Positions 10,040 through 19,642 of a stretch of DNA of 64,000 bases are shown here, in pieces. Both the position numbers and the translations under genes were made by a program. The stretch is taken from IMG/VR virus record IMGVR_UViG_3300030508_000019, one strand, 5' to 3'. Below the pieces are notes generated by a model that was given only the letters and a program-made list of their open reading frames with translations, was not told the DNA's origin and did no database searches. Within the stretch, counting starts at the first letter, position 1. Every line of letters begins with the position of its first letter. Source of the DNA: a virus.

Positions 10040-11125
10040 AATACCTTATTAGGCGGTATTAGACACTATGCTACAAGTCCAACTCAAACTTCGACCTTGT
10101 AAGGCGCAAGAACAAATCTACGACCAGTGGCTCTATAATTTGGCTTCGGTTTACAACTTTGCCGTCCGCAAGATCGAGCTAAACGCCAAGGACAAAATCT
10201 ACTTCTCCAAGAACGATTTTCAAAACTTGTTGGCGAACCACGGAGAGAAGTTGGGTATACCGAGCCACACAATTCAGGGCGTGCTCTGCACCGTCCACGA
10301 TGCGTGGAAGCGTTGCTTTAAGAAGACCGCAGGCAAACCAAAACTCAAAGGGATGCGTAACAAGATGTCCAGCATCCCGTTCCCCGATCCCATCAAGGCA
10401 CCAAAAGGCAACCGCATTACGCTTCCGGGTTTGGGCAGTGTCCGCTTTCACAAGCAGGAAATATCAGAGGGAAAGATCAAGTGTGGACGATTGATCAAGC
10501 GTGCGTCTGGATGGTATCTGTGTCTATTCATAGACGCAGAGCCGAATCCGATTAAGCGTTTGGCGTTTGGGGCGATAGGCATTGATCCCGGATTTTCAAA
10601 CCTGCTCACAACTTCGGATGGAGAGGTCATCGAACACCCACGGGAGTTAGAAGCGGCAGCAGAGCGTCTTGGACAAGCACAGCGTGGTCACAACAAACAG
10701 TTGGCAGCGAGGATTCAGGAGCGCATCGCCAACCGCAAGAAAGATAGGAACCACAAGCTAACAACGAAGCTGGTATCTGAGAACGTGCTCATAGTTTGGA
10801 GCAAAGATGCAATCAAGGGAATCGCAAAACGATTCGGGAAGAGCGTGAACAGTTCATCTCACGCACAAATTCGACAGATGTTGTCCTACAAGATGCCCAA
10901 AAGCGGTGGGACGTTTATCGAAGTTGCTTCCAAGTATTCCACCAAGACCTGTAACGAATGTGGTAATCCGACAGGACCCACAGGGCTTGCAGGCTTGTCG
11001 GTAAGGCAATGGCGATGTTCTGCTTGTGGAGCAGAGCACGACCGCGATGTCAATGCGGCTCGTAACACGCTATTCGCCGGGGCAGGATGTGCCCACGAGG
11101 AGTTGGCTTATGTCTAACTCGGACA
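10040..11125 (+). mobile_element. IS200/IS605-family TnpB-only insertion sequence (IS1341-like); boundaries approximate
   Basis: A subterminal hairpin AATACC…GGTATT at 10044-10064 sits just 5' of tnpB. No tnpA is present. The 3' end overlaps the mazG-like start. Confidence 0.55.
10068..11117 (+). CDS. tnpB: TnpB (IS605 OrfB) RNA-guided nuclease family protein
   Basis: RuvC-I IGIDPGFSN. Zinc finger CNECGN…CSACGAEH. RuvC-III DRDVNAARN. 349 aa, apparently intact. Confidence 0.8.
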   Translation: MLQVQLKLRPCKAQEQIYDQWLYNLASVYNFAVRKIELNAKDKIYFSKNDFQNLLANHGEKLGIPSHTIQGVLCTVHDAWKRCFKKTAGKPKLKGMRNKMSSIPFPDPIKAPKGNRITLPGLGSVRFHKQEISEGKIKCGRLIKRASGWYLCLFIDAEPNPIKRLAFGAIGIDPGFSNLLTTSDGEVIEHPRELEAAAERLGQAQRGHNKQLAARIQERIANRKKDRNHKLTTKLVSENVLIVWSKDAIKGIAKRFGKSVNSSSHAQIRQMLSYKMPKSGGTFIEVASKYSTKTCNECGNPTGPTGLAGLSVRQWRCSACGAEHDRDVNAARNTLFAGAGCAHEELAYV

Positions 11126-11532
11126 GGAATCCCCAGAGTTTACTCTGGGAGCATCAATACCAACAATTAGCGTCCCGCACTGAAAGTACAGATTTTTCAA
11201 CCATAGCTAAGCGTCTTTCTAATGAAAGAACGATTCGTCTTCTTCACGGTTCTTTAGGCATTCAAACTGAAGGTGGAGAAATAGCCGACGCTTTAAAGAA
11301 GCATATATTTTACGGCACCCCCCTTGACATAGTAAATATTGCAGAAGAGGTCGGTGACTGCCTGTGGTATTTGGCTATATTCAGCAATGAAATCGGTATT
11401 GATTTTCCAACCATCATGGAAAACAATATTGCTAAACTGAAAGCACGATATGGGGAAAAATTCTCCGAAGATCGGGCAGTGAATCGAGACTTGAAAACTG
11501 AGCGAAAAATCCTTGAAAATATAAAAATATAA
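11110..11532 (+). CDS. MazG-like nucleotide pyrophosphohydrolase
   Basis: EGGEIADALKK…EEVGDCLWYLA, the EExxE/D helix pattern of the MazG family. Start taken as Met29 of the track ORF, overlapping the tnpB stop by 8 nt. Confidence 0.6.
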   Translation: MSNSDRNPQSLLWEHQYQQLASRTESTDFSTIAKRLSNERTIRLLHGSLGIQTEGGEIADALKKHIFYGTPLDIVNIAEEVGDCLWYLAIFSNEIGIDFPTIMENNIAKLKARYGEKFSEDRAVNRDLKTERKILENIKI

Positions 11533-11660
11533 CTCTTTGTCCCGGTTGCAAGCATCCAATCGATAGACACACTGATACGGGTTGTATGGACAGGGTTGAT
11601 GCCGCTGGAGATGTTGACTGGTGTGAGTGTTAGGGAAAAAGATTTTCGTGTTAGGAGTTT

Positions 11661-11870
11661 TTGATGAAAGCTCGTGTGAAAGTTACCCCCGCTCGGATGG
11701 AACGCCTAATGTCCGGTAAACCCTTAGTTTACAATGTTCCAGCGGGGGTGACTGAGCTTGAACTTGTCCTGGATGATGGCGTTTTCGCCAAATTTGATAA
11801 GCTATTCTCAAAAACCTGGAATAAAGTGATGGCGAAAGCTGAAAAAACTATATCTGAGATCCTTAAGTAG
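11661..11870 (+). CDS. hypothetical protein
   Basis: 69-aa ORF. Confidence 0.3.
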   Translation: MMKARVKVTPARMERLMSGKPLVYNVPAGVTELELVLDDGVFAKFDKLFSKTWNKVMAKAEKTISEILK

Positions 11871-11906
11871 GGTAGATCAGAGGTCTGCTCGTGAACAGGA
11901 TACAGA

Positions 11907-12491
11907 ATGCCACCACGTTTTGTTGAAGTCGAAGAATCTAAAATTGTTGAAATGCGGGATACCCTTGATCTTTTGGAGATGCTTGATGCTGACTCCATAA
12001 AGGATATGAGGTTGCATATCTACGGGATCACTACCAATCCTAATATTTTAGACGCTGCTAGAGAAGCCGTAGCTGATAGCGAGGATGTACAGGAAGAAGA
12101 TGTACAAGTCAGCGAAGTAGCGGTTGCATTGCCTCTCTCCGGAGATATTATTTATTACCTACACGGCAGCGGTTTGAAACTGGGGAACGATGATTTTGTT
12201 TACAGAGGAACTGGTGGTGAGGGTATACGAACTTTGTCTTTCACATTCTCCACATTTAAGCCGCGAGCCACTTTCAAGGATTTCAGCAAACTGGCCGTTG
12301 CCTCATCTCAAGATGAACTAGTTGATTTTCTTCAAAAATATGGAACTCCTAATGCCGCTGAAGTTGTTCCCGCAGTACATCGTACAGAAGAAGCCACGGT
12401 TCCTCAAGCACCAATTTCCCCCACCAACCCAGGCATTCCCAAGCAGACATCTTTCCTTTTAGCCGATATCGTCAACAATCTATTGGGCTAG
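11907..12491 (+). CDS. hypothetical acidic protein
   Basis: 194-aa ORF. No motif. Confidence 0.4.
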   Translation: MPPRFVEVEESKIVEMRDTLDLLEMLDADSIKDMRLHIYGITTNPNILDAAREAVADSEDVQEEDVQVSEVAVALPLSGDIIYYLHGSGLKLGNDDFVYRGTGGEGIRTLSFTFSTFKPRATFKDFSKLAVASSQDELVDFLQKYGTPNAAEVVPAVHRTEEATVPQAPISPTNPGIPKQTSFLLADIVNNLLG

Positions 12492-12544
12492 ACAACTCCA
12501 AAATTTTACTGTATTATTTCTTATCTATTTGCATCCAACTTTAT

Positions 12545-13390
12545 ATGAGCAAATCTAAAGCCGATTCCCTGGGTGATCGGATGAAACGGCATGAAAATGT
12601 GTACCGTTTTCTTCTGCCGAAGCGTACTTACACCATTCTTCGCGTTGGCAGAGCTTTCCATACATGGACTAAAGGACTGGCAAAGCCCTACGACAAGCAA
12701 TTTATGGACTGCATGAATGCCGCAGCAAGGGCACTTTGTGAGCAAATCAGCGGGGCTCAATTCGCCTACATTCAATCCGATGAAATCAGTTTATTGGCTG
12801 TGGATTTTCTCGATATCAAAACTGAGCCCTGGTTTGATGGTGTGATACAGAAATGGGTGAGCGTGGGGGCTTCCATCGCTACAACGGCATTTAACCTTCA
12901 AGTCGGCTACTACCAGAAGCTGGCGCTCCGCGACTCCTTCGGAGAAGGCTGGCTGGTAACGTCTGCCCGTGATACATCTTTGCTTGGCGGTAAAAAACTC
13001 ATGAACGCTATGTTTGACGCTAGGGTATTCACGATTCCTGATCTGGTTGAAGTCGAAAATTACTATGTTTGGCGACAACAGGACGCTGAACGAAATAGCG
13101 TAACCATGCTGGCACAAGCATACGCCAGTCACAAACAACTTCACGGAAAAAATCGTGCAGCGCAACACGAAATTATTCAAGCCGCAGGCGACAATTGGGC
13201 AAAGCACCCAGCTTCTTTTAAGCACGGACGCATAATTCGGAAAATTGACTCAGTAACCATCGGAAATACCAACTGGGTAATTGACGAAAATACGCCGGTG
13301 TTTACTCGAAATCGGAATTATTTGAGAGATTTAATTCCATATGCTTGGGAAAATGATATACTGGTGAGAAAGGCGGCAACGAGTGAGTAA
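12545..13390 (+). CDS. Thg1-like protein (tRNA-His guanylyltransferase / 3'-5' nucleotidyltransferase family)
   Basis: MSKSKAD…ILRVGRAFH…LAKPYD…YIQSDEISLL…WRQQDAERNSV matches the Thg1 N-terminal signature and catalytic acidic residues. Eukaryotic Thg1 reads MAKSKFE…VVRLDGRNFH…FAKPND…YGQSDEYSFVF…WRQADCHINN. Confidence 0.75.
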   Translation: MSKSKADSLGDRMKRHENVYRFLLPKRTYTILRVGRAFHTWTKGLAKPYDKQFMDCMNAAARALCEQISGAQFAYIQSDEISLLAVDFLDIKTEPWFDGVIQKWVSVGASIATTAFNLQVGYYQKLALRDSFGEGWLVTSARDTSLLGGKKLMNAMFDARVFTIPDLVEVENYYVWRQQDAERNSVTMLAQAYASHKQLHGKNRAAQHEIIQAAGDNWAKHPASFKHGRIIRKIDSVTIGNTNWVIDENTPVFTRNRNYLRDLIPYAWENDILVRKAATSE

Positions 13391-13706
13391 ATCTCTGGGC
13401 TATCGAGCCATTACAGTATTCGATTCTCAAGTGCGATTTTGTGTTCGACAGTTGGAGACAGAAATTTACATATTTGATCATGTCATCAAGGTGCCGAATT
13501 GGGATATAAAAGGAGTCAGAGAGCCTTTCTACAGGGAAGAATATGTGTCCGTTCCAGTAGAAGAATACCTTCGCTCCGTCGTGGCACAAGAAGAGCTAGT
13601 AGAGTACGGTATCAAAGCCTCGGATGTTAAAAGATACATTTTGGAAAGACGCAAATATTTTTCTGAATTGATCGAAGATAATTTTGCTAATATTCCCTTG
13701 GAGTGA
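13383..13706 (+). CDS. hypothetical protein
   Basis: 107-aa ORF. Confidence 0.35.
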   Translation: MSKSLGYRAITVFDSQVRFCVRQLETEIYIFDHVIKVPNWDIKGVREPFYREEYVSVPVEEYLRSVVAQEELVEYGIKASDVKRYILERRKYFSELIEDNFANIPLE

Positions 13707-13709
13707 TTT

Positions 13710-14144
13710 ATGTGTTTAAGTTCAGTTGAAAAAATATTCGACATCGCTACCAGAAGCTCAAAAAAAGCTTGGAAAATAGTTCGCTTTAATAAACCCATCC
13801 CACCAGCACCGAAAGGGAGTTATGAAACTTGTTGTTACCCTGCTTTTATTACTTCTTCTTGGCAAGTAGCCGAGGGAACGACGATAGAAAGTGTGGGGCA
13901 AGACCTCATTAACTTTTCATATAGTGCAGGATTCCATACCTTTGCCCGCAAAAAAGACGCCCAGAAAGAACTTTCCAAATGGAATGCAGAATATCCATAT
14001 TATCAACTCATTCCAGTTGAAATTGATGAAATCCACACACAGGGACTTGATATGGGTATAAAACCTATGTCAGCAATAAAATTCGTCTGTATCCCACAAA
14101 GAGGAAATAGCCATGTGTTTATACACAATCACTCAAACACTTAA
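13710..14144 (+). CDS. 'MCL-AWKIV' paralog family member (copy A)
   Basis: MCLSSV…KKAWKIV…GFHTFARKKDAQKEL…QLIPVEIDEIHTQGLD shares the N-terminus, the GFHxY core and the IPVEI motif with ORFs at 35343 and 35769. Confidence 0.5.
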   Translation: MCLSSVEKIFDIATRSSKKAWKIVRFNKPIPPAPKGSYETCCYPAFITSSWQVAEGTTIESVGQDLINFSYSAGFHTFARKKDAQKELSKWNAEYPYYQLIPVEIDEIHTQGLDMGIKPMSAIKFVCIPQRGNSHVFIHNHSNT

Positions 14145-14289
14145 TCCCCCAGATCATAAAGTTCGCAAAGCTTGGAAGATCGTTACTGGTCGTAACTCAT
14201 CCCCATTTTATCATATTATACTAACTTCTAAGTGGAGCATCGGATGGTGTGGGGCTCTAAAGAAGCACTCCTCGTCGCCCTCGTAGACG
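14113..14289 (+). pseudogene. N-terminal fragment of a 'MCL-AWKIV' family gene
   Basis: Not in the ORF track (58 aa). Translates as MCLYTITQTLNPPDHKVRKAWKIVTGRN… and matches the paralog N-termini. Ends 44 nt before the tRNA at 14333. Confidence 0.45.
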
Positions 14290-14332
14290 GTGTAAGCTCC
14301 AGCTTGCTTCATACTAATGAATACTGAAGTTT

Positions 14333-14410
14333 CGGCGCGTGTTGTTTAACGGTTAGCATATCTCCCTCTTAAGGAGCAAGGTGCAGGTTCGAATCCTGCC
14401 GCGCCGACCA
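14333..14410 (+). tRNA. tRNA (anticodon loop CUCUUAA, CUU-Lys by my fold; D-arm atypical)
   Basis: Acceptor CGGCGCG/CGCGCCG. T-arm GCAGG-TTCGAAT-CCTGC. Discriminator A and an encoded CCA. Confidence 0.55.
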
Positions 14411-14608
14411 AAATTTGAGTTTTGTGGTATTGTAGTGTATGGAACTAAAAATTGGACCGTACACAGCAACGGGGTCACAAGCATGGGTTGAGTTTTGCCG
14501 CTTCGTGATCGAGGATTTGCAAGACGGGGAAATTTTTCATTGGCCTCCGTATAGCTCGGTTGGATTTGCAGCGAAGTATCCCGAGCACGTCGGTAGACTA
14601 CAAGCTTT

Positions 14609-14854
14609 ATGAGTATAGACGGAAACGGGCATATCAACGTTGACGATCTCGCGGATGCTTTCGCGGCGATATTTCGTCACGACATGGAGCCGCCTGAACT
14701 GATGATTTGGGCTGATCCACCGGGAAGAGAATCGGGCACTTGGGTGTTCCGCAGGGGTCACGAACCCTATCGGATCGCCGATACCTCAGAGTTCGAGCGT
14801 ATCTGGATGAGCACTATCGGCATCACAGACGTGTCAATCAAAAGGTTTGCGTAA
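14609..14854 (+). CDS. hypothetical protein
   Basis: 81-aa ORF between the two tRNAs. Confidence 0.3.
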   Translation: MSIDGNGHINVDDLADAFAAIFRHDMEPPELMIWADPPGRESGTWVFRRGHEPYRIADTSEFERIWMSTIGITDVSIKRFA

Positions 14855-14860
14855 AAGTTT

Positions 14861-14936
14861 GGATCGGTAGCTCAATTGGCAGAGCAACAGACTCTTAATC
14901 TGAAGGTTGTGGGTTCAATTCCCACCCGGTTCACCA
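14861..14936 (+). tRNA. tRNA (anticodon loop CUCUUAA, CUU-Lys by my fold)
   Basis: GGATCGG-TA-GCTC-AATTGGCA-GAGC…GTGGG-TTCAATT-CCCAC-CCGGTTC-A-CCA. Canonical cloverleaf. Confidence 0.65.
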
Positions 14937-14942
14937 ATTTCT

Positions 14943-15143
14943 ATGCGTAGGACGTGCCCCAGTTGTCTCGGCGATGACGCGGCAAAGCGCGAAGGTCGGA
15001 ACTTTGACCCGCTCTACGGCACCGTCGAAATCTACTGCACGTACTGTGGGTCCTTCGTGGACATGCTCTGGCGCTGGCAGACGAGCGACAGCGTGTGGCA
15101 GAAGTTCAGGGATCAAGCAAAGTTCGGGTTAGCTCAAGGTTAG
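14943..15143 (+). CDS. small zinc-ribbon protein
   Basis: The track ORF starts inside the tRNA, so the start is trimmed to MRRTCPSC. Contains CPSC…CTYCG. Confidence 0.3.
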   Translation: MRRTCPSCLGDDAAKREGRNFDPLYGTVEIYCTYCGSFVDMLWRWQTSDSVWQKFRDQAKFGLAQG

Positions 15144-15240
15144 GCAGAGCAGCCGCGCAAGCGGAAGACCGGCGGGTTCGACTCCCGCCCCCTAAGTAAC
15201 AGGGTTTCACTCTTATTTTTCAAAAAAAGATGCTGATGCT

Positions 15241-15441
15241 ATGGTACAAGCCATTACTCCTTACCATGTTGATGGCCAATATTCAGTTGTACCTGTTGAG
15301 ATCAAAGATATAACTTACATAGGTACAGACGGTACTTTGTGGTACACCACTCCAGAGACGCGTAGTATAAGAAATTATGTATCAAATAAAATAAGACTTC
15401 TTCCAATCAAGAAAAAGAAAAATAAAAAGAAAGGAAAATAA
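15241..15441 (+). pseudogene. C-terminal fragment of a 'MCL-AWKIV' family gene
   Basis: VVPVEIKDITYIGTDGTLW…NYVSNKIRLLPIKKKKNKKK matches the C-termini of the 35343 and 35769 proteins. An in-frame stop lies 45 nt upstream. Confidence 0.45.
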
Positions 15442-15442
15442 A

Positions 15443-15847
15443 GTGAAAATTGGGATCAGAGGGTGGCTCTTGGTGTTCGTCATCTGGATGTACTGTAATG
15501 CTCTGGTTTATTTTCTAGCGTCTTTTGACTCTTCCGACCCTTGGCTTGGGAATGGAGGGATTAAAAACTTTCATTCTTTCATACCCATATTTTTAACTCT
15601 CTTGGCGAGTGCTTCAGCCATACTATTAACAAAAAAAAGAGTAGAAGGCATACTTCTCGCTGTGGGTTTTTTAGTCTTGAGTGTGGTTGTGACGACAGTC
15701 TTGGTATTTTGGAGTATATCCGCTAAGAGTTTGTTTGTACCCTTATATTTTTTATCTTTGGTACGAACTTCTATCGCTGCGTGTATTTGGATACCGTATC
15801 TTAACTACTCTCAAAGAGTAAGGAACACTTTCGGGACAAATCTATGA
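15443..15847 (+). CDS. integral membrane protein
   Basis: 134 aa with four hydrophobic segments. Confidence 0.4.
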   Translation: MKIGIRGWLLVFVIWMYCNALVYFLASFDSSDPWLGNGGIKNFHSFIPIFLTLLASASAILLTKKRVEGILLAVGFLVLSVVVTTVLVFWSISAKSLFVPLYFLSLVRTSIAACIWIPYLNYSQRVRNTFGTNL

Positions 15848-15878
15848 CCCTTTCATCTAACTTAGTCACAAAGTCCAC

Positions 15879-16205
15879 ATGGGGCAGTATATTTTGTATA
15901 ATATCGGCTTGATTCTACTGATATTGTTGGGTATGTTTGGGTACCAGTGGGCCTATGTCCTGTACGGTCTGTTGATGCTTATGTCTTGTATCGGATGTCG
16001 ATTGGTTTTATTCTATGGGCAGACAGAGGATAACAAAAAATTTCAAGCCATAATGAACCAATCAGTATCCCCTGTCTTTAGCGTCGGGGTTGACATGTTC
16101 CAGGTATTTTTGCTAGGCTTTGGCTGGCACTTGTTTTTAGCTGCACTGGTTGTCGTGTCCCAATGGGATGAGATGGAAATCCGAAAACGCAGACTGGGAA
16201 GATGA
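15879..16205 (+). CDS. small membrane protein
   Basis: 108 aa, hydrophobic. Confidence 0.35.
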   Translation: MGQYILYNIGLILLILLGMFGYQWAYVLYGLLMLMSCIGCRLVLFYGQTEDNKKFQAIMNQSVSPVFSVGVDMFQVFLLGFGWHLFLAALVVVSQWDEMEIRKRRLGR

Positions 16206-16732
16206 TTAGATTTTGGACAAAACGCGCAGGGGACGCGATATTCGCCATAAGGTGGGTGCTTTTTCCCATTAACTTGGCCTTGATCGTAGCGCTTTCTTTG
16301 TATGTGGTCGCTTTCTTAGTCAATGATTACATGTTTGTTGTCCATCAATTTACATGGGATATGGAATCCCTAATGGTGATGTTATTGGGATTCGTTGATG
16401 CCAGCATGGTAGCAAATTTAATTGTCATGGTGGTACAAGGCGGGCACCAAATTTTTATCCATAAATTTGATTTAGAAGAGAAGGATGAACGCCCCCAATG
16501 GCTGGATCATATTGACTCCGGTATTTTGAAAGTAAAAATTTCCTTGTCTATCGCCGGAATCACATTGATTCAAATTCTAAAAGACTTTGTACACATTGAG
16601 CGCACTGATTGGGGGCTTACGGAACACCGAATCATCATTCATGTGGTAGCATTAATATCAGCCCTAATGATGGCGTTAATTTGGCGAGTGACGCATCCTC
16701 AATGGGCACATGAGCATAAGGAACCTGTATGA
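16202..16732 (+). CDS. integral membrane protein
   Basis: 176 aa with multiple TM helices. Overlaps its neighbours by 4 nt. Confidence 0.4.
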   Translation: MIRFWTKRAGDAIFAIRWVLFPINLALIVALSLYVVAFLVNDYMFVVHQFTWDMESLMVMLLGFVDASMVANLIVMVVQGGHQIFIHKFDLEEKDERPQWLDHIDSGILKVKISLSIAGITLIQILKDFVHIERTDWGLTEHRIIIHVVALISALMMALIWRVTHPQWAHEHKEPV

Positions 16733-17145
16733 GCAATGTATCATCGGATACCCAAAATCCGCTTGTTTTAATCATCATCGCTATAATCACGCTCACCTTT
16801 GCATCTTGTAATGGGTGTGATACCAGGCACAAAGCAAAAATCTATAAAATAAAAAACCATCACATTGTAATGCAAGATGACCAAGGCAAATGGTGGGAGT
16901 ATGTACTAAAAAATATGGATATTGATGTAGATATCCCCTTTACCGGCGGAGAATTGAAATTACCCAGCGGGGGCAGCTGGCGTGCAGCAACAAAAGCAGA
17001 GGAAGAAGAAATAGACAAAGCTACCAACGAAGAAGAAACCACTGTAGATGAGTCTACGAATGACGCTGGCGCGTCTCCCGATGGTAGCGGAGATGTAGGG
17101 GGCGATTCAGGCGGGGGTGATGGAGGAGGAGGAGGCGATGACTAG
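16729..17145 (+). CDS. putative lipoprotein with acidic/Gly-rich tail
   Basis: Signal-like N-terminus ending FASCNGC. C-terminal GGDSGGGDGGGGGDD. Confidence 0.4.
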   Translation: MSNVSSDTQNPLVLIIIAIITLTFASCNGCDTRHKAKIYKIKNHHIVMQDDQGKWWEYVLKNMDIDVDIPFTGGELKLPSGGSWRAATKAEEEEIDKATNEEETTVDESTNDAGASPDGSGDVGGDSGGGDGGGGGDD

Positions 17146-17304
17146 TATATTTCATACAATTGTTTACCCCGGCGAGGATATGTTCAACGCTATTTGTCGT
17201 GCTGGGTGGGAGGCCGCACATAACGGGTTTTCCGGTTATTCAATAGATTGCGAGCGATGCGGTCAAGCAGTTGATAGCCATGAAGTTCCGTCAGACTGTA
17301 TCGT

Positions 17305-17733
17305 ATGGGCGGGATTGACGGCATGAAAAATCTCCAGCAAGAGAAATACGAGGATGATAATGGGCACGAGATAGGCGCATCAGAAGTGCAGATGCTCGCC
17401 TCGTATGTTCACCACGCCGACGGGTTCTACGACTGGACTTGTGGCTCGTGCGGTGCGGAGCACGCTGACCGCTGGTGGGATATTTCTGGCAGGGTAATTG
17501 CCTGCCCCGATTGCAAGAAAATGAACTTGCTTGTTCGCACTAACTGCGCCGAAATAACCGAACTTGCGCGGCGCAAGTTCGAGTCTGAGGAGCGTGACCT
17601 CGAACTGAAGCGACTCCAGGGAATAGAGAAGTACAACGACGATCAGCTTCTCAAGATCAAGCGCGAAATTATGGGACTCGTGGAAGATGCGATTCGCTCC
17701 CATGCAACTGCCGAAAAGAGGTTAGCCAAATGA
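17305..17733 (+). CDS. hypothetical zinc-ribbon protein
   Basis: CGSCGAEH…CPDCKK. 142 aa. Confidence 0.35.
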   Translation: MGGIDGMKNLQQEKYEDDNGHEIGASEVQMLASYVHHADGFYDWTCGSCGAEHADRWWDISGRVIACPDCKKMNLLVRTNCAEITELARRKFESEERDLELKRLQGIEKYNDDQLLKIKREIMGLVEDAIRSHATAEKRLAK

Positions 17734-18056
17734 ACAGTCAACAAAGAATCGAGACCAGCGCAGAGCTTAAAGCTGCCCGCGAACGAGGGCGCTTTACGCC
17801 AACGCAGATCAACAAACTCAAGGCCGTGAGTCAGAGTCTCAACGACTCGCGGTTTGATGTGAGGGCAATTGAATATAGCCTCACGCGGCAGCTTCACGAG
17901 CTTCAAGTGATTTGTCCGCATCCCTTCCGCTTCGTTAGCTGGACAGAACGAATCCCAGCTGGACAGGTCAAGGGTATCTGCGAACTCTGCGGCGACAATA
18001 ACATTTGGTTTCACACGTACCCGAAGAAAATGCGGGACACAGTGAAGTTCGTGTGA
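17730..18056 (+). CDS. hypothetical protein
   Basis: 108 aa. C-terminal CELCGD. Confidence 0.35.
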   Translation: MNSQQRIETSAELKAARERGRFTPTQINKLKAVSQSLNDSRFDVRAIEYSLTRQLHELQVICPHPFRFVSWTERIPAGQVKGICELCGDNNIWFHTYPKKMRDTVKFV

Positions 18057-18623
18057 TATGATAGAAAAGCTGAAAGCCCACCCGAGGCCCAAAAGTGGAT
18101 CTCGTGGGTCGGAAAGAAGACATTCTGATGCCCAAGAAAATGACCAAAGAGCGGCTGCTTCGTTTGGCCGTGGCGAAGGTGAATCGTCTCACTGATGATG
18201 AGTTGCACAATTTCGTTTTCAATATCAATTGCTGCCCGCACAAGAAGACACATCCAGTCGGCATGGACTCGTCCTGCGACGATTGCGGAGCGTGGGTCTA
18301 ATGCCAAGGCTTAAGATAGGAACTGGATCATGGCCGTACAAACGGAGATGGCGGGACGGCCCTACTTGGGATTGGCTTTGCCGGGTATTCGGGCATCAAA
18401 AAGAATGGTATCATTGGTATGCCAGTGCAGGGGACCAGTTGGGTACGGAAATTGCCCGTGCATTGGGCTGGGGAAGTGGCCGAATAAAACCGCATTGGCA
18501 CCGACATAGGACTAATTCCGCGAACGGTTTCATTTGTGGCAGGTGCGGAAAGGCTGGTATATGAAGATCACACAGAAGCAGGCACGAGCCAATGACAAAT
18601 TTTAGGTATCTTGTATCCTATTT

Positions 18624-19064
18624 ATGAAAACAAAAAAGAAAGTTAAAGCAAAAACTCAAAAAAAGGTGGTTATGGAAAAACATTTTGTAACATTTTTCAG
18701 CCCGGGTACATTTGTAGCAGAAACAAGCTGCTTATCTATTGATTCTTGGGATGTTGAAGAAGCCAAGAAAAAAGCTCGCGGGATCAAAGAACGTCATGAC
18801 GCTGTACCTTATGGATTTAGGTTTTCTACTCGCAGCAGGGGAGTGGATGATTTGGACTCCAAAGAAACCAAAACAAGCGGGATGTATTACTTGGGCGGTA
18901 AGGTCGAGACTTTGAAACAAGTGAAAGCTCGCGCAACTAAAGACGATGCAATACTCGTCTCCAACATGGAATGTAACAACTGGAAGCGTATTGTTACTAC
19001 CACGAATGGGTATCGATGGACTCAGCCTCTAAAAGATGAAGATAAAGTGGTGGATTGGTCTTAA
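18624..19064 (+). CDS. hypothetical protein
   Basis: 146-aa ORF with a Lys-rich N-terminus. Confidence 0.35.
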   Translation: MKTKKKVKAKTQKKVVMEKHFVTFFSPGTFVAETSCLSIDSWDVEEAKKKARGIKERHDAVPYGFRFSTRSRGVDDLDSKETKTSGMYYLGGKVETLKQVKARATKDDAILVSNMECNNWKRIVTTTNGYRWTQPLKDEDKVVDWS

Positions 19065-19112
19065 TACCATTTTTTTCTTATCTATAAACCGCTAGGTTCA
19101 GTATTAGGAGAC

Positions 19113-19598
19113 ATGGAAGAGTTTAAAAAAACAGGTGAGGAACGTGTATTTAAGGGCGGTGCGAGTAGAGACGCAGCGATAGGGAAAGGGGCACCACACT
19201 GGATGCCTTCTATTGCTCTTTTCCTTGTTTCTCGCATTTACGAGAACGGTAACATCCAAAGGGATAAACTCAACGGCGGCATCGGCAATGGGGATACTCG
19301 TAATTGGGAAAATGGAATGCCAATTAATGAGTTGCTTGGTTCCGCCGAACGCCACATTCAGCGTTATCGAGAAGGAGATCGCAATGAACCCCACCTCCCC
19401 CAAGCCGCTTGGAATATTCTTAACGCCATAATGATGTCTGTTTGGATTTGGCTTGGTTACAGAGATGTTAGTTTCAATAATCTTCCCGATCACATCCACA
19501 ATTGGAAACCTGGAGATCCTTCACCCTGCCCCTTAAGTCCCCAAGAAATAGAATGGTTGAAAGTACGTGGAATAGAAAAAAATAACACAACTCAGTAA
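19113..19598 (+). CDS. hypothetical protein
   Basis: 161-aa ORF. Confidence 0.35.
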   Translation: MEEFKKTGEERVFKGGASRDAAIGKGAPHWMPSIALFLVSRIYENGNIQRDKLNGGIGNGDTRNWENGMPINELLGSAERHIQRYREGDRNEPHLPQAAWNILNAIMMSVWIWLGYRDVSFNNLPDHIHNWKPGDPSPCPLSPQEIEWLKVRGIEKNNTTQ

Positions 19599-19642
19599 AT
19601 CCATAAAAACAGTGACTTTCTACTTCTTCTGTAGAAACCGTC

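Noticed and set aside
14333-14410. Possible tmRNA 3' end (T-arm plus acceptor plus CCA)
   Set aside because: A complementary 5' acceptor strand lies immediately upstream, giving a normal-length tRNA. There is no tag ORF or pseudoknot region within 350 nt upstream.
15100-15215. tRNA-like GGTTCGACTCC segment
   Set aside because: No acceptor pairing is possible. It resolves as two stacked hairpins plus a T-run, a terminator after the small ORF at 14943.
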